DNA of 64,000 nucleotides from an uncultured Patescibacteria group bacterium (GTDB taxonomy: Bacteria; Patescibacteriota; Minisyncoccia; Phycocordibacterales; UBA918), in the NCBI GenBank assembly GCA_934699595.1, contig CAKUWT010000001.1:135839-199838 (forward strand). Direction: 5' to 3'. Below the pieces are notes generated by a model, which had not been told where the DNA came from, did not search any database, and was given only the letters and a program-made list of their open reading frames with translations. A program made the position numbers and the translations under genes. Shown here piece by piece: positions 35,342 through 44,866 of this stretch; the stretch's first letter is position 1; each line of letters begins with the position of its first letter.

Positions 35342-35781
35342 CAGAAGATTAATGCTGTTATCTAGCGAGTCGCCGTGATCAGCCTTTCGATAATGCTGAA
35401 CCTTTTGACAAGATTTGGGGAGATACCCTACTCTCTCTTTTCCCTAGTTAAACTAAACTCTTCCCGACTTACTTTCAGCAACCCATTAGCTACTAGTTAC
35501 TAAAATTAAGGTTCACCGTTTAGTCCGGGAGTCCTATCGAGACTCCTAAGCATCGACATTTGTATTTGGCAAGTAATCATTGGGGTTTCCAATGGCTACC
35601 TGAAAAATGACGAGTCCGTAGACCCGTTAACTTATATTAACAACCGCCAACCGGGCCGCCAACCGTTCATCTGGGGACTACCGGAAGACCTGCCAGAGTA
35701 GACCGATGTGCCGGTCTACAGGACGCTACAGCACTACAAACCTCACAAACTTTTTAAACTACTTAATTAGATACTCTCCTG

Positions 35782-35809
35782 TTGACAACTAAATATTTTC
35801 ATGTATAAT
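35782..35809 (+). promoter_or_regulatory. Near-consensus sigma70-type promoter (TTGACA-N16-TATAAT)
   Basis: Exact -35 and -10 hexamers with a 16-nt spacer. A GGAGAGGAGGAAGG SD and an ATG follow within about 25 nt. Confidence 0.5.
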
Positions 35810-35832
35810 AGCGGGAGAGGAGGAAGGAAATT

Positions 35833-35952
35833 ATGAGAAAGATTCCGATTTTAGCCTGGTTTATCAGGCATCTCCAGGCCTTCGAAGAAAGCCTGGATGC
35901 TGAGCAGCGAGCCGCACTCGCTGCCGAACTGCTCAAACATCCAGAGTGGTGA
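35833..35952 (+). CDS. Stand-alone 39-aa ORF (MRKIPILAWFIRHLQAFEESLDAEQRAALAAELLKHPEW)
   Basis: It is not in the supplied ORF track (shorter than 60 aa). I found it from the promoter, SD and ATG arrangement, and from the tandem hairpins that follow. Confidence 0.45.
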   Translation: MRKIPILAWFIRHLQAFEESLDAEQRAALAAELLKHPEW

Positions 35953-36009
35953 CATCAGGAGATGTCACCACTCTCCCACCGGTCGCTTGGTTTTACCCTT
36001 GCGACCGGT
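35948..36009. terminator. Tandem hairpins between the convergent small ORF and the FNR-like gene
   Basis: GGTGACATC-agga-GATGTCACC overlaps the stop codon. It is followed by ACCGGTCGC-N14-GCGACCGGT and then ttcc. Confidence 0.45.
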
Positions 36010-36034
36010 TTCCATAGATAGAGTCGTGGTAATT

Positions 36035-36757
36035 TTAGTACCCAGTAAACTCTTCAGTGCGAATATTATCCTCACTGATAGCGAGTTCCCCCACCAGCAT
36101 CTGACGTATGGCTTTTACCATTCCTTCCGGCCCCGAGAGATAATAAATTGGCGCCTGAACGTTGCCAACATATTTTTTCAGAATATCTGCATTCATCCGA
36201 CCTTGCTCGGCACCGTCACTTTCTTCTTCTCCATAAACTGATACGTAGTGGAAATTACCATGTCTTGTTGCCAATTCCTGAAAATCACTTTCAAAAGGAG
36301 CATCCATGCTTGTACGGTTGGCGTGAAAAAGAGTCATCTGATGACCAGATCCATCATATAGAGCTTGCTTCACGATACTTCTAATTGGAGTCACACCGAT
36401 ACCACCAATAATAAACACTGCTGGGGTGGAAGAGGTTTTATGTAGAGTAAAATCGCCGTACGGTCCATCGAGTTTTACCTCTAGTCCCTCTTCCCCTAGC
36501 AACATACTTTTTAACACTCTTTTAAAAGCTGTATCACGAAGACGAGTGGCGAAGCCCAGCTCATCCTCATAGGGGGCGGTAATAAAAGAAAACCCCCGAG
36601 TATTACCTTCAGCGTCAGTCTCTGGAGGGTTTGTAAAAGTATAATCAGCAAACTGTCCCGCTCGAAACTCAAAGCTGTCCGGCTTGTCGAAATAGTAGGC
36701 CATAGTTCCATTGGCCACACTTTCTTTTCGTTTGATCTTAATATCGTAAATAGACAT
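36035..36757 (-). CDS. FAD/NAD(P)-binding oxidoreductase, ferredoxin-NADP reductase-like
   Basis: RxFS-type FAD motif (RGFSF), GGIGVTP NAD(P)-binding motif, and a C-terminal EEF. Confidence 0.7.
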   Translation of the reverse strand: MSIYDIKIKRKESVANGTMAYYFDKPDSFEFRAGQFADYTFTNPPETDAEGNTRGFSFITAPYEDELGFATRLRDTAFKRVLKSMLLGEEGLEVKLDGPYGDFTLHKTSSTPAVFIIGGIGVTPIRSIVKQALYDGSGHQMTLFHANRTSMDAPFESDFQELATRHGNFHYVSVYGEEESDGAEQGRMNADILKKYVGNVQAPIYYLSGPEGMVKAIRQMLVGELAISEDNIRTEEFTGY

Positions 36758-36960
36758 ATCTTACTTATTTAGTTACCAATAATATTTGGCTCACTAGAGT
36801 CAATTAGTAAGGTGGGTGATCTCTTTGTGAATACACAATCACTTAAAACGAACCCATCTTGCTATTTTTAGTATAACACTATCCTAAAAAAGTGGCGGCT
36901 TTAGAAAAGAGTTTTTAATGAAACGATTTACACTTTTACTATCAGTGTTAAGCTTAATGA

Positions 36961-37542
36961 ATGAAGAAACGCATTTACACTATTGGCCACTCCACTCGCA
37001 CCTTTGCGGAGTTGGTTACTACGCTCAGGCACTATGGTATCACCCACCTAATCGACGTACGCTCTGTACCCCGCTCCCGGCATACACCACAGTTTAACAA
37101 ACATTCCCTAGTACAAACTCTGCCGCGTCAGAATATCCGTTACACTCATATGAAAATACTCGGCGGTCTGCGTGCCACTCATAAAGATTCACCAAACAGG
37201 GCTTGGCGCAATAAAAGCTTTCGCGGTTATGCCGACTACATGCAAACCTCAGAATTCACAGCCGGGATAACCCAGCTGATTGAGTATACAAAAAAAGATA
37301 CTGTCGCAATTATGTGTGCTGAGGTGCTTCCCTGGCGCTGTCACCGCTCCCTGATCGGCGATGCCCTTTTGGTGCGGGGATATCAAGTGATAGATATTTT
37401 CGATGAGAAAAAAAGTGAGCCAGAAACTTTAACTAAGTTTGCCAAAGTGAAAGGGCAAGAAATTACTTACTCCAACACTAACGAAGCTGATGAAAAACGC
37501 TCACTAATCACCAAAAGAATCAGATTGCGCAAAAATATTTAA
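36961..37542 (+). CDS. DUF488 family protein
   Basis: IYTIGHSTRT...LIDVRSVPRSRHTPQFNK...GYADYM is characteristic of DUF488. Confidence 0.7.
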   Translation: MKKRIYTIGHSTRTFAELVTTLRHYGITHLIDVRSVPRSRHTPQFNKHSLVQTLPRQNIRYTHMKILGGLRATHKDSPNRAWRNKSFRGYADYMQTSEFTAGITQLIEYTKKDTVAIMCAEVLPWRCHRSLIGDALLVRGYQVIDIFDEKKSEPETLTKFAKVKGQEITYSNTNEADEKRSLITKRIRLRKNI

Positions 37543-37608
37543 ACTAGTCTCTTGACTTTTGTAGACACAATGAGATGATTAATAATAGACAAAAGACAGG
37601 AGGCTAAG

Positions 37609-37992
37609 ATGACAGACGCTAGTCAAATGTCTGCAATCGGGGAGGCTCGCTGGCTACTGCAAGTAATTGCTGACGGCCGTAATGAAGACGAGACCCTAGC
37701 TTTGATTCAGTGGTTTATTGATCTGACCGATGAGCACGGGATAACAGATAATGATTTACTGGAGGGCCTCACTGATCTGGCAGAGGTAGAAGCGTTTTGT
37801 GCTGATGCCAATAAAACCCTTCAAGACTTCCTCAAAAATCATCGCCATGGCTCGGCGGGGATTATGGAGAGAGTCGGTCTCTTGCGACAGTTCTATGACC
37901 TGATCGATAAAGCAAATTTGCCCCCCGCTTATTTTGGAGTCACTAAGAGTGAGCTAGAAACTCACCTTGATGAGATCAAAAAGACTAAATGA
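37609..37992 (+). CDS. Hypothetical acidic protein (127 aa)
   Basis: AGGAGG SD with 5-nt spacing, and a terminator follows. Confidence 0.55.
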   Translation: MTDASQMSAIGEARWLLQVIADGRNEDETLALIQWFIDLTDEHGITDNDLLEGLTDLAEVEAFCADANKTLQDFLKNHRHGSAGIMERVGLLRQFYDLIDKANLPPAYFGVTKSELETHLDEIKKTK

Positions 37993-37996
37993 AATT

Positions 37997-38032
37997 GCCC
38001 CGTCCACAAACAACCGGACGGGGCCTTTTATT
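37997..38032 (+). terminator. Rho-independent terminator
   Basis: GCCCCGTCC-N9-GGACGGGGC followed by cttttatt. Confidence 0.55.
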
Positions 38033-38083
38033 CATTAAAAATTACCTCATTATCTTAAAAAAAACAGAAGGGAGATAACCAAA

Positions 38084-39274
38084 CTACTCCGGGAAAAGAC
38101 CACAGAACCAATTCCCGCAAGTAGCATCTGCGTCGAGCTGGAGCCAGTACATCAGTAGAATCATCAATAGCACCAGACCAATCCCCAACAGAATATTCAG
38201 TGGTAAGTCCTTATAGAAACCTCGAATAATCATTGTACATAATCCAGCAAAAATTAGAACAGTAATGACTGAATAGGCGATACGTAACGGCAAAGTCTCA
38301 TTGGCAAAGAACCAGCGCTGCCAACTAGTTGTGCGCTGTCCTGGACTCACTACCAACAACTCTCCTCCTGGTGATAACGCCTGCTCACCACCAGCAAATG
38401 AAGAGTCATCAACAAATTCCGTACCTTGACTAGTTTCGTCAGCGACATTGGCTACCGTTCCCTGCACTTCACTATTTTTAGACACAGCACCTCCGACAGC
38501 TGTGATTTCAGCAGCTTGCAACGGGTCGGTTGGAATATTTTCTACTTGTCTCGCTTGGGAGTTGGGTGATTTATTAACTACAGTATTTGTTTCTGCTCCA
38601 GCAACAGTTCCCGGCACAATGATAGCCGGATCTTTCTCTGACAATACGTCTGGCTTAGGATCCTCATAAGCTTTAGTGGCGACAGTCGGAGCTGGTGCAG
38701 GCTGTCTCGGAGTACCAAACAGCTGTACCACAAAAACAGTTTCTTGGCCCTTGTAGTAGCCTATAGCAGTAGCTATTCCCACCTCGGTATAATTGGGGTT
38801 AAGAATATTCTCTCGGTGTCCGGGTGAGTTCATCCACCCTTGATTAACATCTTTTGATTCGGAAAAGTTCACCGCCAAGTTCTCCCCAGCATGCTTGTAA
38901 TCATACCCTACTGCCTCAAACCAATACCATGGTGTCACCCCTTCTGGACTCGTATGAGCAAAATAGCCCTTACTCGCCATGTCATTAGCTTTCATCTGCG
39001 CTGCTCTCTCAAGCAAGGGATTGGTCTTTAGGCTGCTTACCTGATAGCTACCCCGGTCCTCATTTGCCAAACTAACTAAAACTGCTGGCAAAACTTCCGC
39101 CAGAAAGCCTTTATTATTTTTAAGGTATTCAGTTCCCAGTAATGATATTGAGAAAACTAGAAGAATAACAAGGAATAAACTAGCGATACTGAGAGCAGTA
39201 AAAACTCCCGGTGCTTGGGTATTGTCTTTATACGGAGAAAGATAACAGCGTACTTGATACCAAAAGTTTTTCAT
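38084..39274 (-). CDS. CAP (SCP/PR-1, YkwD-like) domain protein with N- and C-terminal TM segments
   Basis: GHYTQVVW-like CAP motifs: GYFAHTSPEG, GENLA and GHRENIL. Confidence 0.7.
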   Translation of the reverse strand: MKNFWYQVRCYLSPYKDNTQAPGVFTALSIASLFLVILLVFSISLLGTEYLKNNKGFLAEVLPAVLVSLANEDRGSYQVSSLKTNPLLERAAQMKANDMASKGYFAHTSPEGVTPWYWFEAVGYDYKHAGENLAVNFSESKDVNQGWMNSPGHRENILNPNYTEVGIATAIGYYKGQETVFVVQLFGTPRQPAPAPTVATKAYEDPKPDVLSEKDPAIIVPGTVAGAETNTVVNKSPNSQARQVENIPTDPLQAAEITAVGGAVSKNSEVQGTVANVADETSQGTEFVDDSSFAGGEQALSPGGELLVVSPGQRTTSWQRWFFANETLPLRIAYSVITVLIFAGLCTMIIRGFYKDLPLNILLGIGLVLLMILLMYWLQLDADATCGNWFCGLFPE

Positions 39275-39410
39275 GTCTTTATATTATAGGCTACTTTTTG
39301 ATAATTCCAGAGCTGGTGGGGATAGTAGGCGGCAGCTTTGCTGCCGCCTACTATCCCCACCAAGATAATTCTGAGCAGTCCTCCAACCCTAAACTCCTTC
39401 CCTTTACTCA

Positions 39411-39457
39411 AAATAAACTACCCGGCCGCCTCTTACGAGGGGCCGGGTAGTTTATTT
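39411..39457. terminator. Long hairpin downstream of the giant surface-protein gene
   Basis: A 17-bp stem, AAATAAACTACCCGGCC-N13-GGCCGGGTAGTTTATTT. Confidence 0.5.
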
Positions 39458-39505
39458 TCCTCCCCAACCTGCAACTCATATCTTCAAGTTGGAGGTATTT
39501 TTGGC

Positions 39506-42500
39506 TTAGTAGCCAGTACCTAGTTGTCGGCGACGATAGAACCAGCCTCCCACAGCAATCACAGCAATCAAAAGTGCCCAAGGCCACCACGATGATTTCT
39601 TAGCAGTGCCGTCTTCAGCGGCTTTGTCGCTAGTATTATCGCCCGCCTGACCAGTTCCTCCACTTTCCTCCAAAGCCGATCCTTCAAAAAGTGGGTTTTC
39701 TCCCTCATTACCATTGCTGTCATAAAGAGGATTCTCGGTGTTAATTTGCATATCTGCACTGCCAACAACATCAGCCTGGGCTAGTCCACCCCAGAAAGCT
39801 GGGTCTGTTTGTGGATACTGACTTGCCAAGAGAGCAAAATCACCACTAGCAGTCGGCAAGCTGTTACCATCTTCGTCACGAGAGTCAGAAGCACCAGCCA
39901 CTTCTCCGTCTCCATCCGTTGTTGGGAATGCTCCACCTTGTCCACGATCGACAGGATCACTCAAGCTGCCGACAGTATAACCCCCACCCCCTCCCGTACT
40001 TTGTGGAATCGCGGCAGCCTCAACTACAACATCTTCAGAGTGGGCTGACTCTCCTTCGGCGTCATCCTCAACAATAGTGGCAATTACATAGTATGTGCCA
40101 GGAGCCAGATCAGTAAAGGTAGTTGCCCAGTTGCCGTCCTCATCAGCAGTCACATTATGATCATTTCCGACTTTAGTATCATCAGTAGTCTCATCTTCAC
40201 CGTCCCTCCAGAGAGAAACTTTTACTGTGGCTCCTGCGGGCGCTGTGCCGAAAGCATTGATACTACTACCGCTCGCGGTCGCATCTGCAGTTGTCTCTGA
40301 GTCGGTTGAGGTGTCTGTGCCTTCTTCATTTCCGGCAGGATCGTCTCCAAGAGTAAACGGTAAGTCAATACCACTCTTTTCGTTACCAACTTTATCGAAG
40401 CCACGGACCCGCAACACATATTCGCCAGCGATGAGATTCAAATCACTATCAAAGTAATTATCTATTCCCAAGCTTACTTCTGGCTTAGAAGTACGCTTTA
40501 AAATAACTGGACCACTAAACTCACCATCCTCATTAACTTCCAGGTCGGCACTGTTAGTAAAACCAATTATTTCTTTCCAACCGCCCTCGGTAAGCACACG
40601 GACAGAGTACTGTGCGTAGTCCGCGCCACTACCAGTATCGGTTATAGTTCCTGACACAGTCGTAGGGTTATTAGTACTATCAAGCTGCGCTGTTACGCCA
40701 GGGTTAGTATTGTCTACCAGAATATCAATATGCTTTGTTGTAGTATTACCAGCCTTATCGCCAGTACGGACATCTACTCGATACAGCCCATCAGCAAGGT
40801 TACTTACATCTGCAACACCGCCTATACCGGCACCACTATGATTTACGTATGTGCAGCCGCCACTATTAACTGAGCGAACAATGAAGTTCTGGTAGCTCAA
40901 GTTAGTGTCAGCAACCAAAGCATCCACCTTAACCTTAGTGGAGACTACGATTGGGGTCTCAGCAAATGAGCAGTTCTTTGGAGCTAGATTAGTAACTTCC
41001 ACATCATTGCCATTTAGCTTTAGTGCATCTACAGACGGAGCAACAGCATCGACAACAAAATTGTAAGTCATCATATTTCCAGCCTCGTCGTGCAGCACAA
41101 CAGTATTGTCACCTTCCTCGGCGTACCGATTCACGAACCACTGCGCGTCAAACGACTTTGGATCAGCCCATCCGTCGACAATCTCGTGACTATTGATAAC
41201 TACCTTAGCAAGCTTGTGATTGTCACGGAACTGAACGTTGATGTCCTTAGACTTAAAGGTTTGTCCGTCAGTCAGCGTATATGGACTGGCATGATCCTTG
41301 CCATCAAGTGCCCAGCGAGTAATTTGTGGTGCGGTGTTATCTACGATGAAGTAGTAGCTAGGATACTGCCAAGCTGAGTTGTTGCCGTAGTACCCATGAG
41401 TAACACCCTCATAGCCGTGCGCCTCTACCTTAAATAGATATCGTCCATCTGTAAGAGCTCCCGTGTCGACAACCGCATACCAGCCAGCGCTATCCTTTTG
41501 TAGAGAATAAACCTTACGGTCAGCGTTCGATGGTCTCTGGCCTTCTGTTACAACTTTATTGAGCTGTAGGTTACCTGTGCGCATAGCGTCAACATTGGCA
41601 ACGCTGATATCAATTCGCTGAGTACTGCCTTTAATGAAGCTACCCTGCGTAGGAGTCACAGATGTCACAACAGGGCTTACAGCCTCAGGCTTGACGTCGT
41701 CCCACGTAGCGCCGTTCAGGCTACCGATAGTAGCGTCGTTTTCTGTAATCACATCACCGTTTGCAAGCGTGATAATAACATCAACAGATTCTGGAAGTGC
41801 CGGTCCGCTCCAGGTACCTGTTTGATAGGTCCAACTACCGCTTGTGCGTTCGCCGTCAATCACAATCGGTCCACTAGTTGAAGTAGGGTCGGCTGCGCTG
41901 TTGATAGCAGTCACGAGACTAGGTTTTGCAAAGATTGAATACGTACCCCCGCCAACACGATTGACACGCAGTTCGATAGTCTTTGCTGTTGTAACGTTCA
42001 CCGTTTTAAAGTCTACGCCGATAGCTGTATAGCTACCTTTGTCCATATAATAAGCGCTGGCATTAGTAATATCTGGAGTTGGTGCTACTACGATTGCCTT
42101 GTGGTCTGCCGATAGAGCAGTGTTAATGTTCACTGTTTCTGTACCGTTATTCTGCTTAAAGAAGTTGTTGCTCATTACAGACTGCAATAGCGTCTGGTTA
42201 GTGGCTTCATACTTAACGAAATTCATACTTGCCAAGTCTGACTCAGTACCAGCTACAAAAGTATTGCCGTTGAAAGTGACATTGCTACTTGCAAGCTGAT
42301 GGGCTAGTACGACACCGCGATTACCACCGTTTGTATATCCACCGACTGTAGTAAATTCGTTTCCTGTAATAGACAGATTCGTTACTGCATGGTCAATATA
42401 GACAGGATAGTTCGAAGTAATTTTCGAATCTTTGATAGTTAAGTTCGCAATCGTCTTCGCGCCCTCAGAGTCTCCCGCATATACAGACTTGTAGGAATTA

Positions 42501-43399
42501 ATTGTTAAGCCATCTAAAGTGAGTGAATTAAGGGCTACAGCGCTCGGAACCTTAACAGCCACAACATTGCCGCTGGTGGTGAGCCGTAAGTTCGAAAGTG
42601 TTACATCACCACCTGCCGCTGTAATCTTGACCTGGCCATTAATCGCTACGTCACCTACGCCTTTGATAGTGAGCGATTTAGTGATGTCAATCGCTTCATT
42701 GTACGTACCAGCTGAAACTTCAATCGTTTCATCCGCACCTGTTGTGGCGGCATCGATTGCTTCCTGAATAGTTGAAAATGTTGAATCATCCTCAACGTTC
42801 CTTACTGGACCGTCTGTGTCAGGAGCGCCTCCGCCTGAGTTAACAGGATCAGTAATGGTAAATGCTGCAGTAGCCTTATATTCACTAATCGTGGCGCTTG
42901 TTACCCTCGCAGTAATTGTCGGGGTGCCTGTGGCGGTATCTTGATAGGAGAATTTTTTATAAGTTTTTGTGTCTATACCAGTGAACGCATGTCCTGTCCC
43001 CTTCCAGTCATTACCGGTATTACCAAGTCTAAATTGTCCGGTCGGTGAGGTAGAAGTAAGAGTGATAGTAAGTTCTTCTTGGGTGGTAGTGGTAGCTGTA
43101 GTAGTACCTGTCCCCTCAACAATTTCAATCTCATTCTCAATCTCGTTGTTTCCAGTAAACTTTACATCGAAAACAATCGGTACATTCACCTCGGCACTAT
43201 TAACAGTAACGGGAGCAATAGTTACTCCGGTCATGGAGTTGGTAACACCCAGAGATGTAGCAAAAGCTAACGGGGCAGCGAAGACTCCAGTCATCTGAAA
43301 AACGGTCAGGACCGCTAGCAACGCGACTCCTTGCTTCTTCGCCAATCCGCGAGCACGGCGGCGGACGCTAGTAAAGGTATTAGTAAGTAAAGTTTTCAT
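39506..43399 (-). CDS. Giant cell-surface protein (1297 aa): signal peptide, parallel beta-helix repeats, Ig-like regions, Gly/Thr-rich stalk, C-terminal TM anchor
   Basis: N-terminal signal. Beta-helix-like repeats occur (ITxxGxGxVxINGxV...NLRLT...). The C-terminus is WWPWALLIAVIAVGGWFYRRRQ. Confidence 0.75.
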   Translation of the reverse strand: MKTLLTNTFTSVRRRARGLAKKQGVALLAVLTVFQMTGVFAAPLAFATSLGVTNSMTGVTIAPVTVNSAEVNVPIVFDVKFTGNNEIENEIEIVEGTGTTTATTTTQEELTITLTSTSPTGQFRLGNTGNDWKGTGHAFTGIDTKTYKKFSYQDTATGTPTITARVTSATISEYKATAAFTITDPVNSGGGAPDTDGPVRNVEDDSTFSTIQEAIDAATTGADETIEVSAGTYNEAIDITKSLTIKGVGDVAINGQVKITAAGGDVTLSNLRLTTSGNVVAVKVPSAVALNSLTLDGLTINSYKSVYAGDSEGAKTIANLTIKDSKITSNYPVYIDHAVTNLSITGNEFTTVGGYTNGGNRGVVLAHQLASSNVTFNGNTFVAGTESDLASMNFVKYEATNQTLLQSVMSNNFFKQNNGTETVNINTALSADHKAIVVAPTPDITNASAYYMDKGSYTAIGVDFKTVNVTTAKTIELRVNRVGGGTYSIFAKPSLVTAINSAADPTSTSGPIVIDGERTSGSWTYQTGTWSGPALPESVDVIITLANGDVITENDATIGSLNGATWDDVKPEAVSPVVTSVTPTQGSFIKGSTQRIDISVANVDAMRTGNLQLNKVVTEGQRPSNADRKVYSLQKDSAGWYAVVDTGALTDGRYLFKVEAHGYEGVTHGYYGNNSAWQYPSYYFIVDNTAPQITRWALDGKDHASPYTLTDGQTFKSKDINVQFRDNHKLAKVVINSHEIVDGWADPKSFDAQWFVNRYAEEGDNTVVLHDEAGNMMTYNFVVDAVAPSVDALKLNGNDVEVTNLAPKNCSFAETPIVVSTKVKVDALVADTNLSYQNFIVRSVNSGGCTYVNHSGAGIGGVADVSNLADGLYRVDVRTGDKAGNTTTKHIDILVDNTNPGVTAQLDSTNNPTTVSGTITDTGSGADYAQYSVRVLTEGGWKEIIGFTNSADLEVNEDGEFSGPVILKRTSKPEVSLGIDNYFDSDLNLIAGEYVLRVRGFDKVGNEKSGIDLPFTLGDDPAGNEEGTDTSTDSETTADATASGSSINAFGTAPAGATVKVSLWRDGEDETTDDTKVGNDHNVTADEDGNWATTFTDLAPGTYYVIATIVEDDAEGESAHSEDVVVEAAAIPQSTGGGGGYTVGSLSDPVDRGQGGAFPTTDGDGEVAGASDSRDEDGNSLPTASGDFALLASQYPQTDPAFWGGLAQADVVGSADMQINTENPLYDSNGNEGENPLFEGSALEESGGTGQAGDNTSDKAAEDGTAKKSSWWPWALLIAVIAVGGWFYRRRQLGTGY

Positions 43400-43743
43400 A
43401 AGTCTTGGTTTTGTAATTTCTTATTCAATAATAATGCTAATAATAAAAAGGCGCTGGTGGCGGGCCTCAAAAACGAGACGCCTCCCTAGCGGCAACAATA
43501 AACCCAGTGAAAAGGACTATATGTTTTTAGGTTACCACGGTCTCAGTTTTTATCAACTGAGTTTTTACCCGCACTGGCGCGTGACAGGCAGTGGCGAATG
43601 ACCATCCCTACTTCACAAAGTTATGTTACGAATAATAGCCCTAGACAAAATTAAGCGCAGCCTGTTGACGGGGACGACTTTGGTGGCTATATTTTGAACT
43701 GGAAAGCGACATCGCAAATTGACAGCAAAAATGGGAGGAGAAG

Positions 43744-44139
43744 ATGGGAGAGATTATCAAGTTTCCAATATCCAAACAAACTACTAGGACGCCTGCTCAG
43801 AAGTCGGCAAGCTCACTGTCTAAGGAGATGGTGATTGCTCGGCTTCAAGCCCGGTTCATGCTCGAAAAGATGCGGACGGCCCGAGAGACACTTCGGCAGG
43901 ACCTGGTCAGCCTTATCGAGAACTCTGGTAATGCTCGAGATCTTGAGGCGGAGACTGAGCTGATCCAAGACTTCAATAATATGATCAGCCAGCTAGATGC
44001 CTCCCTCAGCCACCTATGTGCCCAAGGCAGTTTTACCTTGGAAGAAATTGACTGTTCAATTTCTGAGCACTACTACCTCGTAGGGGTTCGAGAGCCGGGA
44101 CATCCTCCACGCCCCTACACCGAGAAGTGGCATGGGTAA
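43744..44139 (+). CDS. Hypothetical protein (131 aa)
   Basis: GGGAGGAG SD and its own terminator. Confidence 0.5.
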   Translation: MGEIIKFPISKQTTRTPAQKSASSLSKEMVIARLQARFMLEKMRTARETLRQDLVSLIENSGNARDLEAETELIQDFNNMISQLDASLSHLCAQGSFTLEEIDCSISEHYYLVGVREPGHPPRPYTEKWHG

Positions 44140-44351
44140 TTTTCTCACGCCGTCATCAAAGCAAAGCCGCGACCCTCCTAGTGGATCGCGGCTTTTTTCT
44201 TTCCAACTTAACTAACAGGAAAAAATAAATAACTGAATCTGAACTCTCTCAGCCAATCCAGCAACTAAAATAACGACTTTCTACAAATGACACTAGCTTA
44301 TCCTGTGCGCAACAGCAGATTTTCTGAGCTGATTCTGTATCTAGATTAGTA

Positions 44352-44380
44352 TTGACAAATACCAGATTTCTTTATACAAT
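44352..44380 (+). promoter_or_regulatory. Putative promoter TTGACA-N17-TACAAT
   Basis: Hexamer match about 40 nt upstream of ATG 44422. Confidence 0.35.
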
Positions 44381-44421
44381 TGGTTCCGAGTAGTTTTTGT
44401 TTTCTAATTGAGGAGAAGTCA

Positions 44422-44781
44422 ATGTCGTCGGAAAAAAGTCCTGAGATTCGCGAACAGCTTGCCACCGCTCTTGAGGCCCTGGCTCAACTCTATCAGTTGC
44501 GCGATGAGCTTGCATTGGAAATTGCCAAGTTGGCCGACCGCCTACCCCACAACATTACCGAATGGACCCCTCGTGACCGACTCATTTGGCAAGAGGGCGA
44601 CAGGGGTATTCGCGACTCATTTGGTGCTCGCTCCCAAGTGCAGAGACAGAAAATTGACACTGTTCTGAAAAAGGGTGGTGTGACCTTGGCTGACCTTGAC
44701 ATCACTGCCTCTGAGCTAGAATCTTTAACACTTTTCTTGAAAAGTTCTGCCGACTGGCCACATGACACCAGCCTGCATTGA
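44422..44781 (+). CDS. Hypothetical protein (119 aa)
   Basis: I chose the start MSSEKS because GAGGAG lies 6 nt upstream. A terminator follows. Confidence 0.5.
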   Translation: MSSEKSPEIREQLATALEALAQLYQLRDELALEIAKLADRLPHNITEWTPRDRLIWQEGDRGIRDSFGARSQVQRQKIDTVLKKGGVTLADLDITASELESLTLFLKSSADWPHDTSLH

Positions 44782-44803
44782 ATTTGAGCACCTCACGAAA
44801 CAA

Positions 44804-44845
44804 AGCCCCCGCCAGTCAGAGACTGGCGGGGGCTAAATTTTTAAA
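44804..44845. terminator. Bidirectional terminator
   Basis: AGCCCCCGCCAGTC-agag-ACTGGCGGGGGCT followed by aaattttta. Confidence 0.55.
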
Positions 44846-44866
44846 CTTTCAACTTAACAAGATAAA

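Noticed and set aside
35340-35780. Candidate RNase P, tmRNA or SRP RNA in the tdk-downstream spacer
   Set aside because: Only short partial motif matches (AGUCCGGG, CCGGAAG). Key conserved blocks (AGGGUGAAA; GGGG...UUCGAC / UCCACCA; AGCAGCC) are absent on both strands.
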